A stretch of 64,000 nt of DNA, taken from contig OZ244905.1 in assembly GCA_965221695.1 (NCBI GenBank), positions 3,456,001-3,520,000 of the forward strand, given 5' to 3'. The DNA comes from Gammaproteobacteria bacterium (lineage in GTDB: Bacteria > Pseudomonadota > Gammaproteobacteria > Eutrophobiales > Eutrophobiaceae). Position 1 is the stretch's first letter, and every line of letters begins with the position of its first letter. Shown here piece by piece: positions 49,750-59,279 of this stretch. The translations under genes and the position numbers were made by a program. The notes beneath the pieces are model-generated. The model was given only the letters and a program-made list of their open reading frames with translations. It did not search any database and was not told the DNA's origin.

Positions 49750-50571
49750 TTACAGCATTGGAAATAGTCTTACTTCCTGCGTCTCTACTGGCGCCTGCTC
49801 CAATTCTTTTCGCATATCCTTGCTCTCTGGAATGGGTGAAAGATACTGTCCATTAAATGTCAGTTCTATTCCCTCCGGGTCGTCGAAGGGGTACGGGGTC
49901 AGGGCATAAGTTCCGGGTTCTAAGGGAGTAATGGTAACTTCCGCGTCCTGCTCGGCATCCATTGGCACATGGGTGAAGCGGGTTTCTTTGCGGAGGGCTT
50001 CGTGAGTGCAGTTGAAGTAGAGCGCCAGAGTGTCAAAGAATTGGAGTTGTTTATAATTCTGGAACAGGTGGCTTTCTTCGGTTAACTCTGCGGTATCGGG
50101 GTCCATTTTGAGTTGTTTCTTGAGACGTTCCTGGCGCTCAAGTTCGCCCTCCAGCATGGTATCAGCCAGAGCCCGGTTGTCGTCAGCCAGACTGTCCAGG
50201 AGTACTTTGTCGGACATGCCGTAACGGCCGTTGTACAGGCCCCAACTGTGCATGCTGGAGATGAGTTCGCAATAGGGGTGATGCGCGCCGTTCAAGTCCG
50301 GGGAGGCGCTGCTGGTCTTGACTATGAGGGGGAAAGGAGTTTGTACCAGATTGTAGGGCAGACCGGTTGAAGGGTCGTGTAACGCCTGGGCGTCAAGTTC
50401 CTGCCAACCCGCGTCGTGGTGTCTGATGACGCGCAGCATCAGCGCGCGGGGCTCTACCGGTTCGAACTGTTCATTGCCAAAATGTTCTGCAAAGCGAGCG
50501 GCAAACTCGGTGTGTTGATCCATAGTGATTATGAAGTGTTTTGCTCCTTCATGCGCGCTTTGTACTATCAT
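49750..50571 (-). CDS. DUF3891-like protein
   Basis: I....H...A....EHFGN, HHDAGW..LD, LISSMH, LQFFD.LAL, PYPF pattern. Confidence 0.7.
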   Translation of the reverse strand: MIVQSAHEGAKHFIITMDQHTEFAARFAEHFGNEQFEPVEPRALMLRVIRHHDAGWQELDAQALHDPSTGLPYNLVQTPFPLIVKTSSASPDLNGAHHPYCELISSMHSWGLYNGRYGMSDKVLLDSLADDNRALADTMLEGELERQERLKKQLKMDPDTAELTEESHLFQNYKQLQFFDTLALYFNCTHEALRKETRFTHVPMDAEQDAEVTITPLEPGTYALTPYPFDDPEGIELTFNGQYLSPIPESKDMRKELEQAPVETQEVRLFPML

Positions 50572-50728
50572 GCAGGTTCTCCGGTTGGGCGTGTCGGGTT
50601 TGCGTGGCGGATGGCGGTGGTTTCGAGAGAGAGGTCGTGTTTCTCACAGGCAGACGAGACGGCTACGATCCCAGGTTGGCAGAGAGGAGTGAGGGCTAGC
50701 TTGGATTTTCCATCAATTCGGAGTGTTT

Positions 50729-51490
50729 TCACTGGGCAACAAAACCTCCGTCAACTGACAGCGCTGCGCCGACTACAAAACTTGCCTGGGAGGAGCAAAG
50801 CCAGACCACTGCATCTGCAATTTCTTCCGGGTCTCCCATCCTGCCGACCGGTTCGCGTGAGATGATTGTGTCGATAATGTCAGGCTGACCTGCAAGGATT
50901 TTATCCACCAGCGGAGTTTGCACCGGGCCAGGGCAGACGGCGTTGACGCGTACACCTGTTTGTGCATATTCCAGCGCGGCGGTTTTTGTCAGACCGATGA
51001 CACCGTGCTTGCTGGCTGAGTAAGCAGGCATGCCGCCGGATCCTACCAGTCCGAAATTTGAGGCGTTATTGACGATAGCGCCGCCGCCTTGTTTCAGCAT
51101 CTGCGTTATTTGATATTTCATACATAACCAGACGCCTTTGAGGTTTATCCCGATGATTCGATCCCAGTTTTCTTCGCTGCAATCCGCGGTTTGGCTGAGT
51201 TCGCCCTGGATGCCTGCATTATTGAATGCGCAATCGAGACTGCCGTAGGCGTTGACAGTAGCTGTTACCATGTTTTCTACTGCTTCGGGCTGTGATACGT
51301 TCGCGACAACGAACAGGGCTGTTCCCGCTTCCGCCTCAATCTGCGCAATGGTTTCGGCGCCAGCATTCGGATCGATGTCAGCGACGACGACATTGGCGCC
51401 GGCACGCGCGAAAGCGAGGGCAGCGGCGCGGCCTATTCCGGAGCCTGCGCCGGTGATAAGCGCGGTTTTGTCAGCGAATGTGCCGTTCAT
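50729..51490 (-). CDS. Short-chain dehydrogenase/reductase
   Basis: TGAGSGIG, NNAG, YSASK, VNAVCPG, VDGG. Confidence 0.93.
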   Translation of the reverse strand: MNGTFADKTALITGAGSGIGRAAALAFARAGANVVVADIDPNAGAETIAQIEAEAGTALFVVANVSQPEAVENMVTATVNAYGSLDCAFNNAGIQGELSQTADCSEENWDRIIGINLKGVWLCMKYQITQMLKQGGGAIVNNASNFGLVGSGGMPAYSASKHGVIGLTKTAALEYAQTGVRVNAVCPGPVQTPLVDKILAGQPDIIDTIISREPVGRMGDPEEIADAVVWLCSSQASFVVGAALSVDGGFVAQ

Positions 51491-51497
51491 GGTACGC

Positions 51498-51821
51498 TTA
51501 CTGATAGGTGATGAATCTGTCCGCTTCAACCATATTCAGCACGGCCGGATTCTTATACATTTCAACCAGGTTGCAGATCTCCACCAGCGACAAGGCCAGA
51601 TTGCATAAACGCTGAGCCTCCTCGGGCATTTCGTCATAGTGGTATTGGTTGAGGTAGATGATAATTTCTTCCAGTCGCTTTGAGATGGCAGTATGGAACT
51701 CAGTGATCTCCTCCATTGAGGACTCCACGCGCTTAGCGATGCGTTCGCGTTCGGTTGGCAGCGACCAGTCCATGTAAGTCTCTAGCTCGTTGAACGGTTG
51801 GGGTAGCATGGCCATGGTCAA
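51498..51821 (-). CDS. Hypothetical protein translationally coupled to the Rieske oxygenase
   Basis: ATGA overlap with the upstream stop; LP..F.ELE...DW.L.TE.ER..KR..SSMEE...F pattern. Confidence 0.75.
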   Translation of the reverse strand: MTMAMLPQPFNELETYMDWSLPTERERIAKRVESSMEEITEFHTAISKRLEEIIIYLNQYHYDEMPEEAQRLCNLALSLVEICNLVEMYKNPAVLNMVEADRFITYQ

Positions 51822-52999
51822 ACCCCCGCCATTTCACGCTCGACAACGTTATGGAAATGCCGGATTGTAATCTCCTCATCCTGCATGATCATATGGGAAC
51901 GAGCGCGGGAGGCCAACCCTTTCTGGATTTGTTCGTGCTGGAATGCGTCTTCCATCAATGTGTCACGCAAACGACCGATAGTCCATTCCTGGGCCAGCCG
52001 TTGGCCAACGTTTTCAGCCGGTGGGAAGTAATAGCGCATCTCCCAGATGCTGCGATCTACCGCGAGCGGCCAGAAATTATAGGTCATGAAAAAATCGCCG
52101 GACACTCCTTCAAACAGAAGGATGGCGGAATTGGGAAACAGCAGGTACCAGTCGAAATTGCTTATCCGGTTGTTCATGCGCACATTACTGGCTGCGCTAT
52201 CCAACCGGTTGAGCAGCGCCTCCGTCGGCAGCGGCTTGTGGTTGGGATTGTACTCGCATGACCAGACGCTGTGGTAGTTGTACAGGTTCACATTCGAGAA
52301 ACGGCAGAATCTGTCATTTTTCATTACAAACGCATCGCCAATGGTAAAGCGGTGCTGGAAGGGGAGGTGATACAGTTCATTCTGTGCGTCCAGCCCAGTC
52401 TTCCAGTTGGCGGCTTCTTCAACTTTATAGGTCTTGAGCAGGCGCATGTTCCCGAAACCGGCGCCATCGAGTTGGGTTCCCAGGCCGCCAAGGAACTCCC
52501 GCAATGTCTCAGCGGGTTCAGGCGCGAGATTGATAAAGATAAAACCTTCCCAGATGTCACAGTGAATCGATGTGAGGCCATACCGGCTTTTGTCGAGATT
52601 GAAAAAGTTGTCCTCATCTGGCACGAACGCCAGGTTTCCTTCCGGTGTGAACGCCCAACCGTGAAAGTTGCAGCCAAAACGCCCCGGACATTTGCCGCGA
52701 TCGTTTGTAACGAGAGTATTGCCTCGGTGCGGACAGACATTGTGTAGCGCGCGAATCTTGTCGTCATTGCCGCGCACGACGAGGACGGATACGCTACAGA
52801 CGGCCAGTTCACGCACAAAATAATCACCGGCTTCGGGGATTTCTTCCACGCGGCCGGCCATGATCCAGTGACGTCTGAAAATCAGCTCGCGCTCACGCTC
52901 GAAATACGCCGGGTTGATGCAGGGTTCTGTAGACACCGGTCCGGCGCCTTCATCGGGATATTTCTCCGACCATTGTTTGTCTATCATTCGGGTTTGCAT
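51818..52999 (-). CDS. Rieske non-heme iron oxygenase alpha subunit
   Basis: HNVCPHRG...CNFHGW; NWK...DAQNELYHLPFQH; ED ligand near the C-terminus. Confidence 0.9.
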   Translation of the reverse strand: MQTRMIDKQWSEKYPDEGAGPVSTEPCINPAYFERERELIFRRHWIMAGRVEEIPEAGDYFVRELAVCSVSVLVVRGNDDKIRALHNVCPHRGNTLVTNDRGKCPGRFGCNFHGWAFTPEGNLAFVPDEDNFFNLDKSRYGLTSIHCDIWEGFIFINLAPEPAETLREFLGGLGTQLDGAGFGNMRLLKTYKVEEAANWKTGLDAQNELYHLPFQHRFTIGDAFVMKNDRFCRFSNVNLYNYHSVWSCEYNPNHKPLPTEALLNRLDSAASNVRMNNRISNFDWYLLFPNSAILLFEGVSGDFFMTYNFWPLAVDRSIWEMRYYFPPAENVGQRLAQEWTIGRLRDTLMEDAFQHEQIQKGLASRARSHMIMQDEEITIRHFHNVVEREMAGV

Positions 53000-53065
53000 A
53001 CTATCTTCTCCTGGTTGATAAGCTGATACGGCAAAGATTTGCTCAGCCCGGATTTGCCGGCGCGT

Positions 53066-55447
53066 TCAAGCTGCTTGTGGCTGATTAATGTTGTTGATTA
53101 AGTCCATCACTTGTTGTGGTCCTATTGGCGTTATCTTCGGTACCAGGATGCCGTCGTAGTCTGACAAGGCATCCGCCAGCGCATTCGATAACGCAATGTG
53201 TATCGATAGCATTGCGGCTTCGCCGGCGCCTTTAAAACCACCTTCGGTATACGGCGATGGAGTCACCACATGCGCGCATTCAATGTCAGGCAGATTTCTT
53301 GCATTCGGGATCAGAAAATCCATGAACGATGAGTTTTTCAATTGTCCGTTTTCATCGTAATCCAACGATTCCAGCAGGCCCATGCCAATGCCTTGCGCCG
53401 CGCCGCCTCGCATCTGTCCGTCAACAATTTTCGGGTTGATCATGTTTCCGCAATCTTCGACCGCTACAATGCGTTTGATATCGATAATCCCGGTTTGCGG
53501 ATCCAGCTCAATCTCTACCGCATGGGAACCGTTCGCATAGGCGGCCGGTGGGTCGTAGTGGCGTGTGGAACTCAGTGTCGGTTCCACCTCGTCTTCATCC
53601 GGTCGGGCGCTGCGGTCGAAATAGGTGATAAAGGCAATCTCAGCTACTGATCTACTGATGTCTCGGGAGCCTTTAACGAAAATTTCGCCGTCTTCGATGC
53701 TCAGGTCGGCCTCATTTGCTTCCATCACATGCGCGGCAATTTTCAATAACTTGTTGCGCACGTCTGTCGCCGCTCGAATTACTGACCCGCCACCGATCAC
53801 TGCGCTGCGGCTGGCAAATGTGCCCATACCGTAGGATGATGTGGCGGTATCGCCGTCCAGCACGATGACATCTTCAAAAGGCACGCCCAGAGTATCCGCA
53901 GCGACTTGGGCAAGTGTCGTTTTCAGCCCCTGTCCGTGGCTGAACTGCCCGCTTTTTACTGTTACCTTTCCGCTTGGGTCCATTTCCACCGTCGCGGTGT
54001 CGTGCAAGGTCGCAGGAAAGCCGCTTTCCGCTGCAGAGCGGCTGCCCCAGTTGGTTTGCTCGACGAAAAACGACACGCCAATACCCTTGAGTTTTCCTGC
54101 CGCGGTCAGCCTGGGTTGTGTTTTTCTCTGCTCGTAATCGGATATCTCCAAACACTTATCCAGCACTTTGTGGTAGTCGCCGCTATCGTAGGTCTGGTTT
54201 GTCACCGTGGTATAGGGGAACTGGTCGACGGGGATGAAGTTTTTACGGTAAAGGTCGATGATATCCAGATTCAGCAGACGGGCCGCTTTGGTCATCACCA
54301 TTTCACGCGCGTAGCTCCCTGAAGACCAGCCGACGCCGCGGTAGGCGCCGGTGTTCATTTTATTCGTCAGGCACACTACCGATTCAAATTTGATATTCGG
54401 CAGCGTGAACGCGCCGGGTGCGCTGGTGTTTGCAGGGACCGATTCAATCAAGCCCGACCAGGGGTATTGTGAGTACGCGCCCGAGTCGCCGATATTTTTG
54501 ACCTTCATGCCAAGCATGGCGCCATCGCGCTTGAACGCAATGGACATATGAATCACGCATTGCTTCGCATGGGACGCGGCAAGCAGGTGTTCGCGGCGGT
54601 CTTCCACCCATTTTACCGGCTGTTTTATCTGTTGCGCGATCCAGGGCACAATGAATTCTTCCGGAAAGAAATGCGCTTTCTGTCCAAAGCCGCCGCCTAC
54701 CGTCGGCGCAATCACCCGGATGATTTGTTCCGGGATGTCGAGATGCAGCGCAATAGATGTGCGCAAGAAATAAGGCATCTGTGTCGATGACCATACCGTC
54801 AGGGTATCATCCCAGTTCCAGGTGGCCACCACGCCTCGCGTTTCCATCGGCGCGGCGGTGGTGCGTCCGGTCATGATTTTTTCACTGACAATGAGGTCGG
54901 CATCCGTAAAAGCCTGATCCACATCGCCGTGGCTGTAATGGTCCGAGTAGTAGATGTTGCTGCCGAGATCCTCATGAAGCAACTGTGCGTCCGGTTGCAT
55001 TGCCTCTTCAACGTTGGCGCAGACCGGCAGAGGTTCGTATTCGACTTCTATCAATTCGGCAATATCTTCGGCAATATAACGGCTGGGAGCGACCACTGCA
55101 GCGATGATCTCGCCTACGAAACGCGCTTTGCCGGTCGCGAAGAACGGTTGGCGCACTGGTTTGAGTTCGCCCCGTGTGCCTGGGATGAAAGTGTTAAAAC
55201 CAGCGCTGAGTTGCTCAGCGGTGAATATCTGCAGGCAATGTGGGTGTTGTTGCGCCGATTCGAGCTTGATGTGTTTGATACGCGCGTGCGCATGAGTACT
55301 TCTGAGAAAGGCCACTTCCTGCATTCCCGGTATCCTGATATCGTCGACGTACTTTGCCTGTCCCATCAGGATCTGCGGGTCTTCGCTGCGTTTTCGGGAA
55401 ACGCCGATGTGTTTTGTCACGCCGCTCAGAACGATTGGTTCTTTCAT
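53066..55447 (-). CDS. Molybdenum hydroxylase large subunit (xanthine dehydrogenase family)
   Basis: RSTHAHA, VGGGFG, AYRGVG, SHGQG, FASRS, INP.IVDGQ..GG, KGAGE. Confidence 0.92.
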   Translation of the reverse strand: MKEPIVLSGVTKHIGVSRKRSEDPQILMGQAKYVDDIRIPGMQEVAFLRSTHAHARIKHIKLESAQQHPHCLQIFTAEQLSAGFNTFIPGTRGELKPVRQPFFATGKARFVGEIIAAVVAPSRYIAEDIAELIEVEYEPLPVCANVEEAMQPDAQLLHEDLGSNIYYSDHYSHGDVDQAFTDADLIVSEKIMTGRTTAAPMETRGVVATWNWDDTLTVWSSTQMPYFLRTSIALHLDIPEQIIRVIAPTVGGGFGQKAHFFPEEFIVPWIAQQIKQPVKWVEDRREHLLAASHAKQCVIHMSIAFKRDGAMLGMKVKNIGDSGAYSQYPWSGLIESVPANTSAPGAFTLPNIKFESVVCLTNKMNTGAYRGVGWSSGSYAREMVMTKAARLLNLDIIDLYRKNFIPVDQFPYTTVTNQTYDSGDYHKVLDKCLEISDYEQRKTQPRLTAAGKLKGIGVSFFVEQTNWGSRSAAESGFPATLHDTATVEMDPSGKVTVKSGQFSHGQGLKTTLAQVAADTLGVPFEDVIVLDGDTATSSYGMGTFASRSAVIGGGSVIRAATDVRNKLLKIAAHVMEANEADLSIEDGEIFVKGSRDISRSVAEIAFITYFDRSARPDEDEVEPTLSSTRHYDPPAAYANGSHAVEIELDPQTGIIDIKRIVAVEDCGNMINPKIVDGQMRGGAAQGIGMGLLESLDYDENGQLKNSSFMDFLIPNARNLPDIECAHVVTPSPYTEGGFKGAGEAAMLSIHIALSNALADALSDYDGILVPKITPIGPQQVMDLINNINQPQAA

Positions 55448-55462
55448 GTTCAGTCTCCTCGA

Positions 55463-55951
55463 TTAAGACGGGTCGGTAGACAATGTTGTCGTGGCTGCCG
55501 CTACGACCGAATCCACGATCTCATGGTAGCCGGTGCAACGACACAAATTGCCCGACAGCGCTTCCCGAATTTCGGCGCGTGTAGGCGTCGGGTTTTCTTC
55601 CAAAAACGCTTTCATGGTCATCAATATCCCCGGCGTGCAGAACCCGCATTGCAAGCCATGGTTTTCCCAAAAGGCCTGTTGTAAGGCGTTCAGTTTGCCG
55701 TTCTCCGCCAAGGATTCCACTGTCTCAATGGCCTTGCCTTCGGCCTGTAGAGCGAACGTCAGACAGGAGCGCACCGGTAACCCGTCCATCAATATGGTGC
55801 ATGAGCCACAGATTCCGTGTTCACATGCGACATGCGTGCCGCTGAGGGCAAGCTCATGTCGAATGAAGTCAGATAACAGGAGGCGTGGTTCTATTTCCCT
55901 GCTGTAAGAGACGCTGTTTACATTAAGCGTGATCGGTTTTTTCTGAATCAT
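55463..55951 (-). CDS. Molybdenum hydroxylase 2Fe-2S subunit
   Basis: CEHGICGSCT, RSC, QCGFCTPG, NLCRCTGY. Confidence 0.95.
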   Translation of the reverse strand: MIQKKPITLNVNSVSYSREIEPRLLLSDFIRHELALSGTHVACEHGICGSCTILMDGLPVRSCLTFALQAEGKAIETVESLAENGKLNALQQAFWENHGLQCGFCTPGILMTMKAFLEENPTPTRAEIREALSGNLCRCTGYHEIVDSVVAAATTTLSTDPS

Positions 55952-55994
55952 ATTTTAATGCCCCAAGAGGTTTGCGCTGTGTTGGTGTGCAAGT

Positions 55995-56870
55995 TCAAGC
56001 ATCGCGCCCAGCTCGGTTGAATGCGTCTTCAAGGGCGCGCGCAGTCAGCGCTTGCGCGGCATTGCGGCGGTATTCTTCAGTAACGTGCACATCGCTTTCC
56101 GGATCAATTGCCTCGCCTACATTTAGCGCCGCTTCTTGTAATAGTTCATGCGAGTGCGAGTTGCCTAATAAGATATTTTCTACTTCCTGGGCGCGCACCG
56201 GGGTTGCGGCAACGCCAAACAAGACAACTCTGGAATAACTGCACTTGTTATTGGCATCCAGGTTGATAATAGCGGCGCTACCGGCCAGCGCAAAATCTCC
56301 GGAACGGCGAGCGATTTCATGGAATCCCCATCCGCTGGTTGGCGGTGGCGCCTTGAACAGAATGGATGACAATATCTCATCAGCCTGCAACGATGTGGTC
56401 ATATAAGTGATGAAAAAGTTTTCTGCCGGAGTTACCGTTTTATTCGCAGCGCTTTCAATGGTGAACTCTGCATCCAGTAACAACGACATCGCCGGCAATT
56501 CGGAAGCCGGGTCAGCATTGGCGATGCTGCCACCCACAGTGCCTTTGTTGCGAACCTGGATATGGGCAATATGCTTTAGTGCATGGGCCAGAACCGGTAT
56601 TCGTCGGTGTAGCGCCGTATCTATTTCCGCAAATCGATGGGTCGTGGTCGCCTTCACTCTGATGCCGTCCGGCTCATCACTGATACGATTAGGCTCAGTT
56701 ATGTTGCTGATATCGATCAATACCCGAGGTCTGGCCAACCTGAAATTCATCGCGGCGATGAGGCTTTGTCCACCGGCCAGAATCTTTGCGTCATCTCCAC
56801 ATCCCTTTAACAGCGCGCACGCGTGTTGTATATTTTCAGCTCTGTGATAATCAAATTCTGCTGGTTTCAT
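55995..56870 (-). CDS. Molybdenum hydroxylase FAD subunit
   Basis: MKPAEFDY, LAGGQSL, RN.GTVGGS.ANADP, RRSGDFAL. Confidence 0.95.
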   Translation of the reverse strand: MKPAEFDYHRAENIQHACALLKGCGDDAKILAGGQSLIAAMNFRLARPRVLIDISNITEPNRISDEPDGIRVKATTTHRFAEIDTALHRRIPVLAHALKHIAHIQVRNKGTVGGSIANADPASELPAMSLLLDAEFTIESAANKTVTPAENFFITYMTTSLQADEILSSILFKAPPPTSGWGFHEIARRSGDFALAGSAAIINLDANNKCSYSRVVLFGVAATPVRAQEVENILLGNSHSHELLQEAALNVGEAIDPESDVHVTEEYRRNAAQALTARALEDAFNRAGRDA

Positions 56871-56931
56871 ATCACACTTCTCCCGCAGGTTGAATTTGCA
56901 TTGTCTCGAAATTATGTCCCATCAAATTTAA

Positions 56932-56958
56932 GGAAACTCCGATTAAGTCAGAGCTTCC
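56932..56958 (+). mobile_element. Minimal 27-bp MITE hairpin
   Basis: TTAA followed by GGAAACTCCGATTAAGTCAGAGCTTCC. Confidence 0.7.
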
Positions 56959-56960
56959 TG

Positions 56961-57021
56961 AACAGGCGCGCGCGTGTTTTTTCGGCTTTGTAACAGGCAA
57001 ATTCTGCTGGTTTTATATCAC
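56961..57021 (-). pseudogene. Decayed duplicate of the 5' end of the FAD-subunit gene
   Basis: Imperfect direct repeat of 56809-56875 with core CAAATTCTGCTGGTTT(C/T)ATATCAC; ATG changed to ATA. Confidence 0.75.
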
Positions 57022-57494
57022 GTTCCTGTCATCGTTTGCGGTGATGTCGGCACATAATGGTTTCCCATTTCATCGACCAGATCCTTGAAAAAAGTCTTGG
57101 CCATATGCTTTGATATTCCGGTTATCACTCTCCCGCCAATGCCGGCGATGGTCCCGCCCACATCCGCGTTGCAAGACCAGCGCATCAGGGCGCCGCTGGT
57201 GTTCGGTTCAAATCGGCAATCCACTTTCATATTCACATAGCCCGGTCTGCCAGAACCCTCACAATCCAGAATGTAATGGTACGGGTACTCGACTTCGGTC
57301 GAGCGAATCGTTCCTTCGTAGTCGCCTTTTATTGCCGCCACGCCGAGTGATAACGTTACCCGGTAGCTGCCGTCTTCCCCAGACGCGATGGCTTTGCAGC
57401 CGGGTATGACTTTGGCCAGGATTTCCAGATCATGTAACGCGTGCCATACTTGCGTGGCGTCATACGGGAAGTCCGTCTCACCTTCAAGTTTCAA
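57018..57494 (-). CDS. coxG: CoxG-like SRPBCC protein
   Basis: VW..L.D...L...IPGC, G.Y.G, VGG.IA..G.R.I, FF; next to the M-S-L genes. Confidence 0.8.
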   Translation of the reverse strand: MKLEGETDFPYDATQVWHALHDLEILAKVIPGCKAIASGEDGSYRVTLSLGVAAIKGDYEGTIRSTEVEYPYHYILDCEGSGRPGYVNMKVDCRFEPNTSGALMRWSCNADVGGTIAGIGGRVITGISKHMAKTFFKDLVDEMGNHYVPTSPQTMTGT

Positions 57495-57506
57495 GCTGTT
57501 TTTTCC

Positions 57507-59249
57507 TCAAAAGGTAAACTTCAACTCGGTGAACACCGAATCATTTCTTTGGAACTCGCCAAAGAATGAATCCAGGTTTCCGGAAATTACATTGATGCCC
57601 ACACGCGCGCTTAAGCTGTGGTTGAAGTTGTAACCAATGAGGCCGCGCACCCAGGAAGCCCGCTGACGATGTCCGAATTCATGCAGGCCGAAGAGTTCCA
57701 CGTGCAGCGTTTTACCTGGTAGGAAGTCATTAAACATAAACAAGGTAGCGACATAGCGCGTGCGGTCGCGCAATCCGTTAAAGCCATCCGATGCGCCGCC
57801 GATGATGTAACCGGTGTCGCCACAATAACGTTGCGCGGCACAGGCGATGGAGTCCAGGTGCGTAAATTGACCGGGTCCCGGATCGCGCAGTATCTCATCG
57901 CGCCAAAGTTGCGCGGAGACAAACCAGGGCGTCTTGAAGAAGCTGGTGGGGCCGATATACAGGTATTGGTCCAAACCAACCAGGGCAGTCACGCTATCTG
58001 CGGTGACTGTTTCCAGATCCGGCTCGTAAAAACGTTGCCCGAAATTATAAACGAGTTCGCCACGCAACACCGTGCCTTTGAACTGGCCGGGCAGAAATTC
58101 CAGGGCCTTGTCAAATGAGGCGCCCAGCAGTTCGTAGCGGTGGCGAGCAAAATCGATACCGCCGCCAATGGCGCGGGGGCCAGCAATGTCGAAGGCAAAT
58201 CCGGCATTGATGCGATTGCCAAGGATATAAAATGGAATGTCTTCATTCAGGTAGCCGAAGTGGAAGGAATAAGTCATATCTGAGAACGGCCCCAAGCCAT
58301 CGCCGGTGCGCGCCCGCCAGCGAACGAAGACTTCCGATTTATCGATGGCATCGCCTTCGTCCCAGGCATAGTTGTCGAAGAAATCCGGCTCGCCGAAAAG
58401 GTTCGCAGAGACGTTGATTACCTGGTCAGCAAAGTCCACCACAGCCAGGGTGTAGGGATGTTGCCCCTCTTCTTCCGCGCGAAAACCGGGGAAACGCGCC
58501 GGTGTGTAATCCCAGTTCCAGACTACTTGCAGTTCCTTGGAAATACCGCCCGGAAGCCAGTCCACCCTGGATAAATCGTACTTGATATTCAACATGTCCT
58601 GCGGAATCATGAAACGTTCCTGCTCGAATGTCAGCGGATTGCGGAAGTTGCGCGGGGTGATGACATCCAGCACAGTCACCCCATCAGAACGTCCCCAGGT
58701 CACTATCTGCCGCCCGGCCCGAATATGTAGCGGGTGATAGTTGATATCCAGGTAGGCTTCGCGCACCAGCGGGTCCCACTTGTCATGCAAGCCATCTTTG
58801 AAATTGGTCTCCCAGTTCTTGGCGATTGAGCCGTTTTTGTCTTCGATTTCAAACATGGCGTCATAGTACGCGCGCAGCTTTAACACCGGCGTGATGTTTC
58901 TGATGCCTTTATATACCATCTCCATGCTGAGCTCGGTGCGCAGCGCATTTACCGTATCGTAATTTGAGCGGTTGCTCGGTGTGCCGAGTTCAGATGGTCC
59001 GAGGAAAACGCCTGGGGCGACCGCGAGAGCGAACTCTCTGCCCTGGTCAGGTTTGCCGCCGATGCGAAAATCCCCCAACACGAACACCTCGCCGCTCACT
59101 TCGAGGTCGCCAAATTCATAGCGGGCGAAACTATCTCCCGACCAGCCCGACAGCGTGATGACAACAACCGTTAACAACGCGGTGAAATGATGTTGATTAG
59201 AATTAATCATGGTTGTTTCCTCCGATATAAGACTACAATTACCCATCAC
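57507..59249 (-). CDS. DUF1302-like outer-membrane protein
   Basis: Signal peptide; REAYLD, RAGRQIVTWGRSDG; terminal beta-strand ending in Phe. Confidence 0.75.
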   Translation of the reverse strand: MMGNCSLISEETTMINSNQHHFTALLTVVVITLSGWSGDSFARYEFGDLEVSGEVFVLGDFRIGGKPDQGREFALAVAPGVFLGPSELGTPSNRSNYDTVNALRTELSMEMVYKGIRNITPVLKLRAYYDAMFEIEDKNGSIAKNWETNFKDGLHDKWDPLVREAYLDINYHPLHIRAGRQIVTWGRSDGVTVLDVITPRNFRNPLTFEQERFMIPQDMLNIKYDLSRVDWLPGGISKELQVVWNWDYTPARFPGFRAEEEGQHPYTLAVVDFADQVINVSANLFGEPDFFDNYAWDEGDAIDKSEVFVRWRARTGDGLGPFSDMTYSFHFGYLNEDIPFYILGNRINAGFAFDIAGPRAIGGGIDFARHRYELLGASFDKALEFLPGQFKGTVLRGELVYNFGQRFYEPDLETVTADSVTALVGLDQYLYIGPTSFFKTPWFVSAQLWRDEILRDPGPGQFTHLDSIACAAQRYCGDTGYIIGGASDGFNGLRDRTRYVATLFMFNDFLPGKTLHVELFGLHEFGHRQRASWVRGLIGYNFNHSLSARVGINVISGNLDSFFGEFQRNDSVFTELKFTF

Positions 59250-59279
59250 ATTCAGATTATTTTCAGCAATCCGGGTTCA

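Noticed and set aside
53066-57494. Aerobic CO dehydrogenase (coxMSL plus coxG)
   Set aside because: The active-site loop is AYRGVG, not the form I AYRCSFR; no coxDEF; the context is organic-substrate catabolism.
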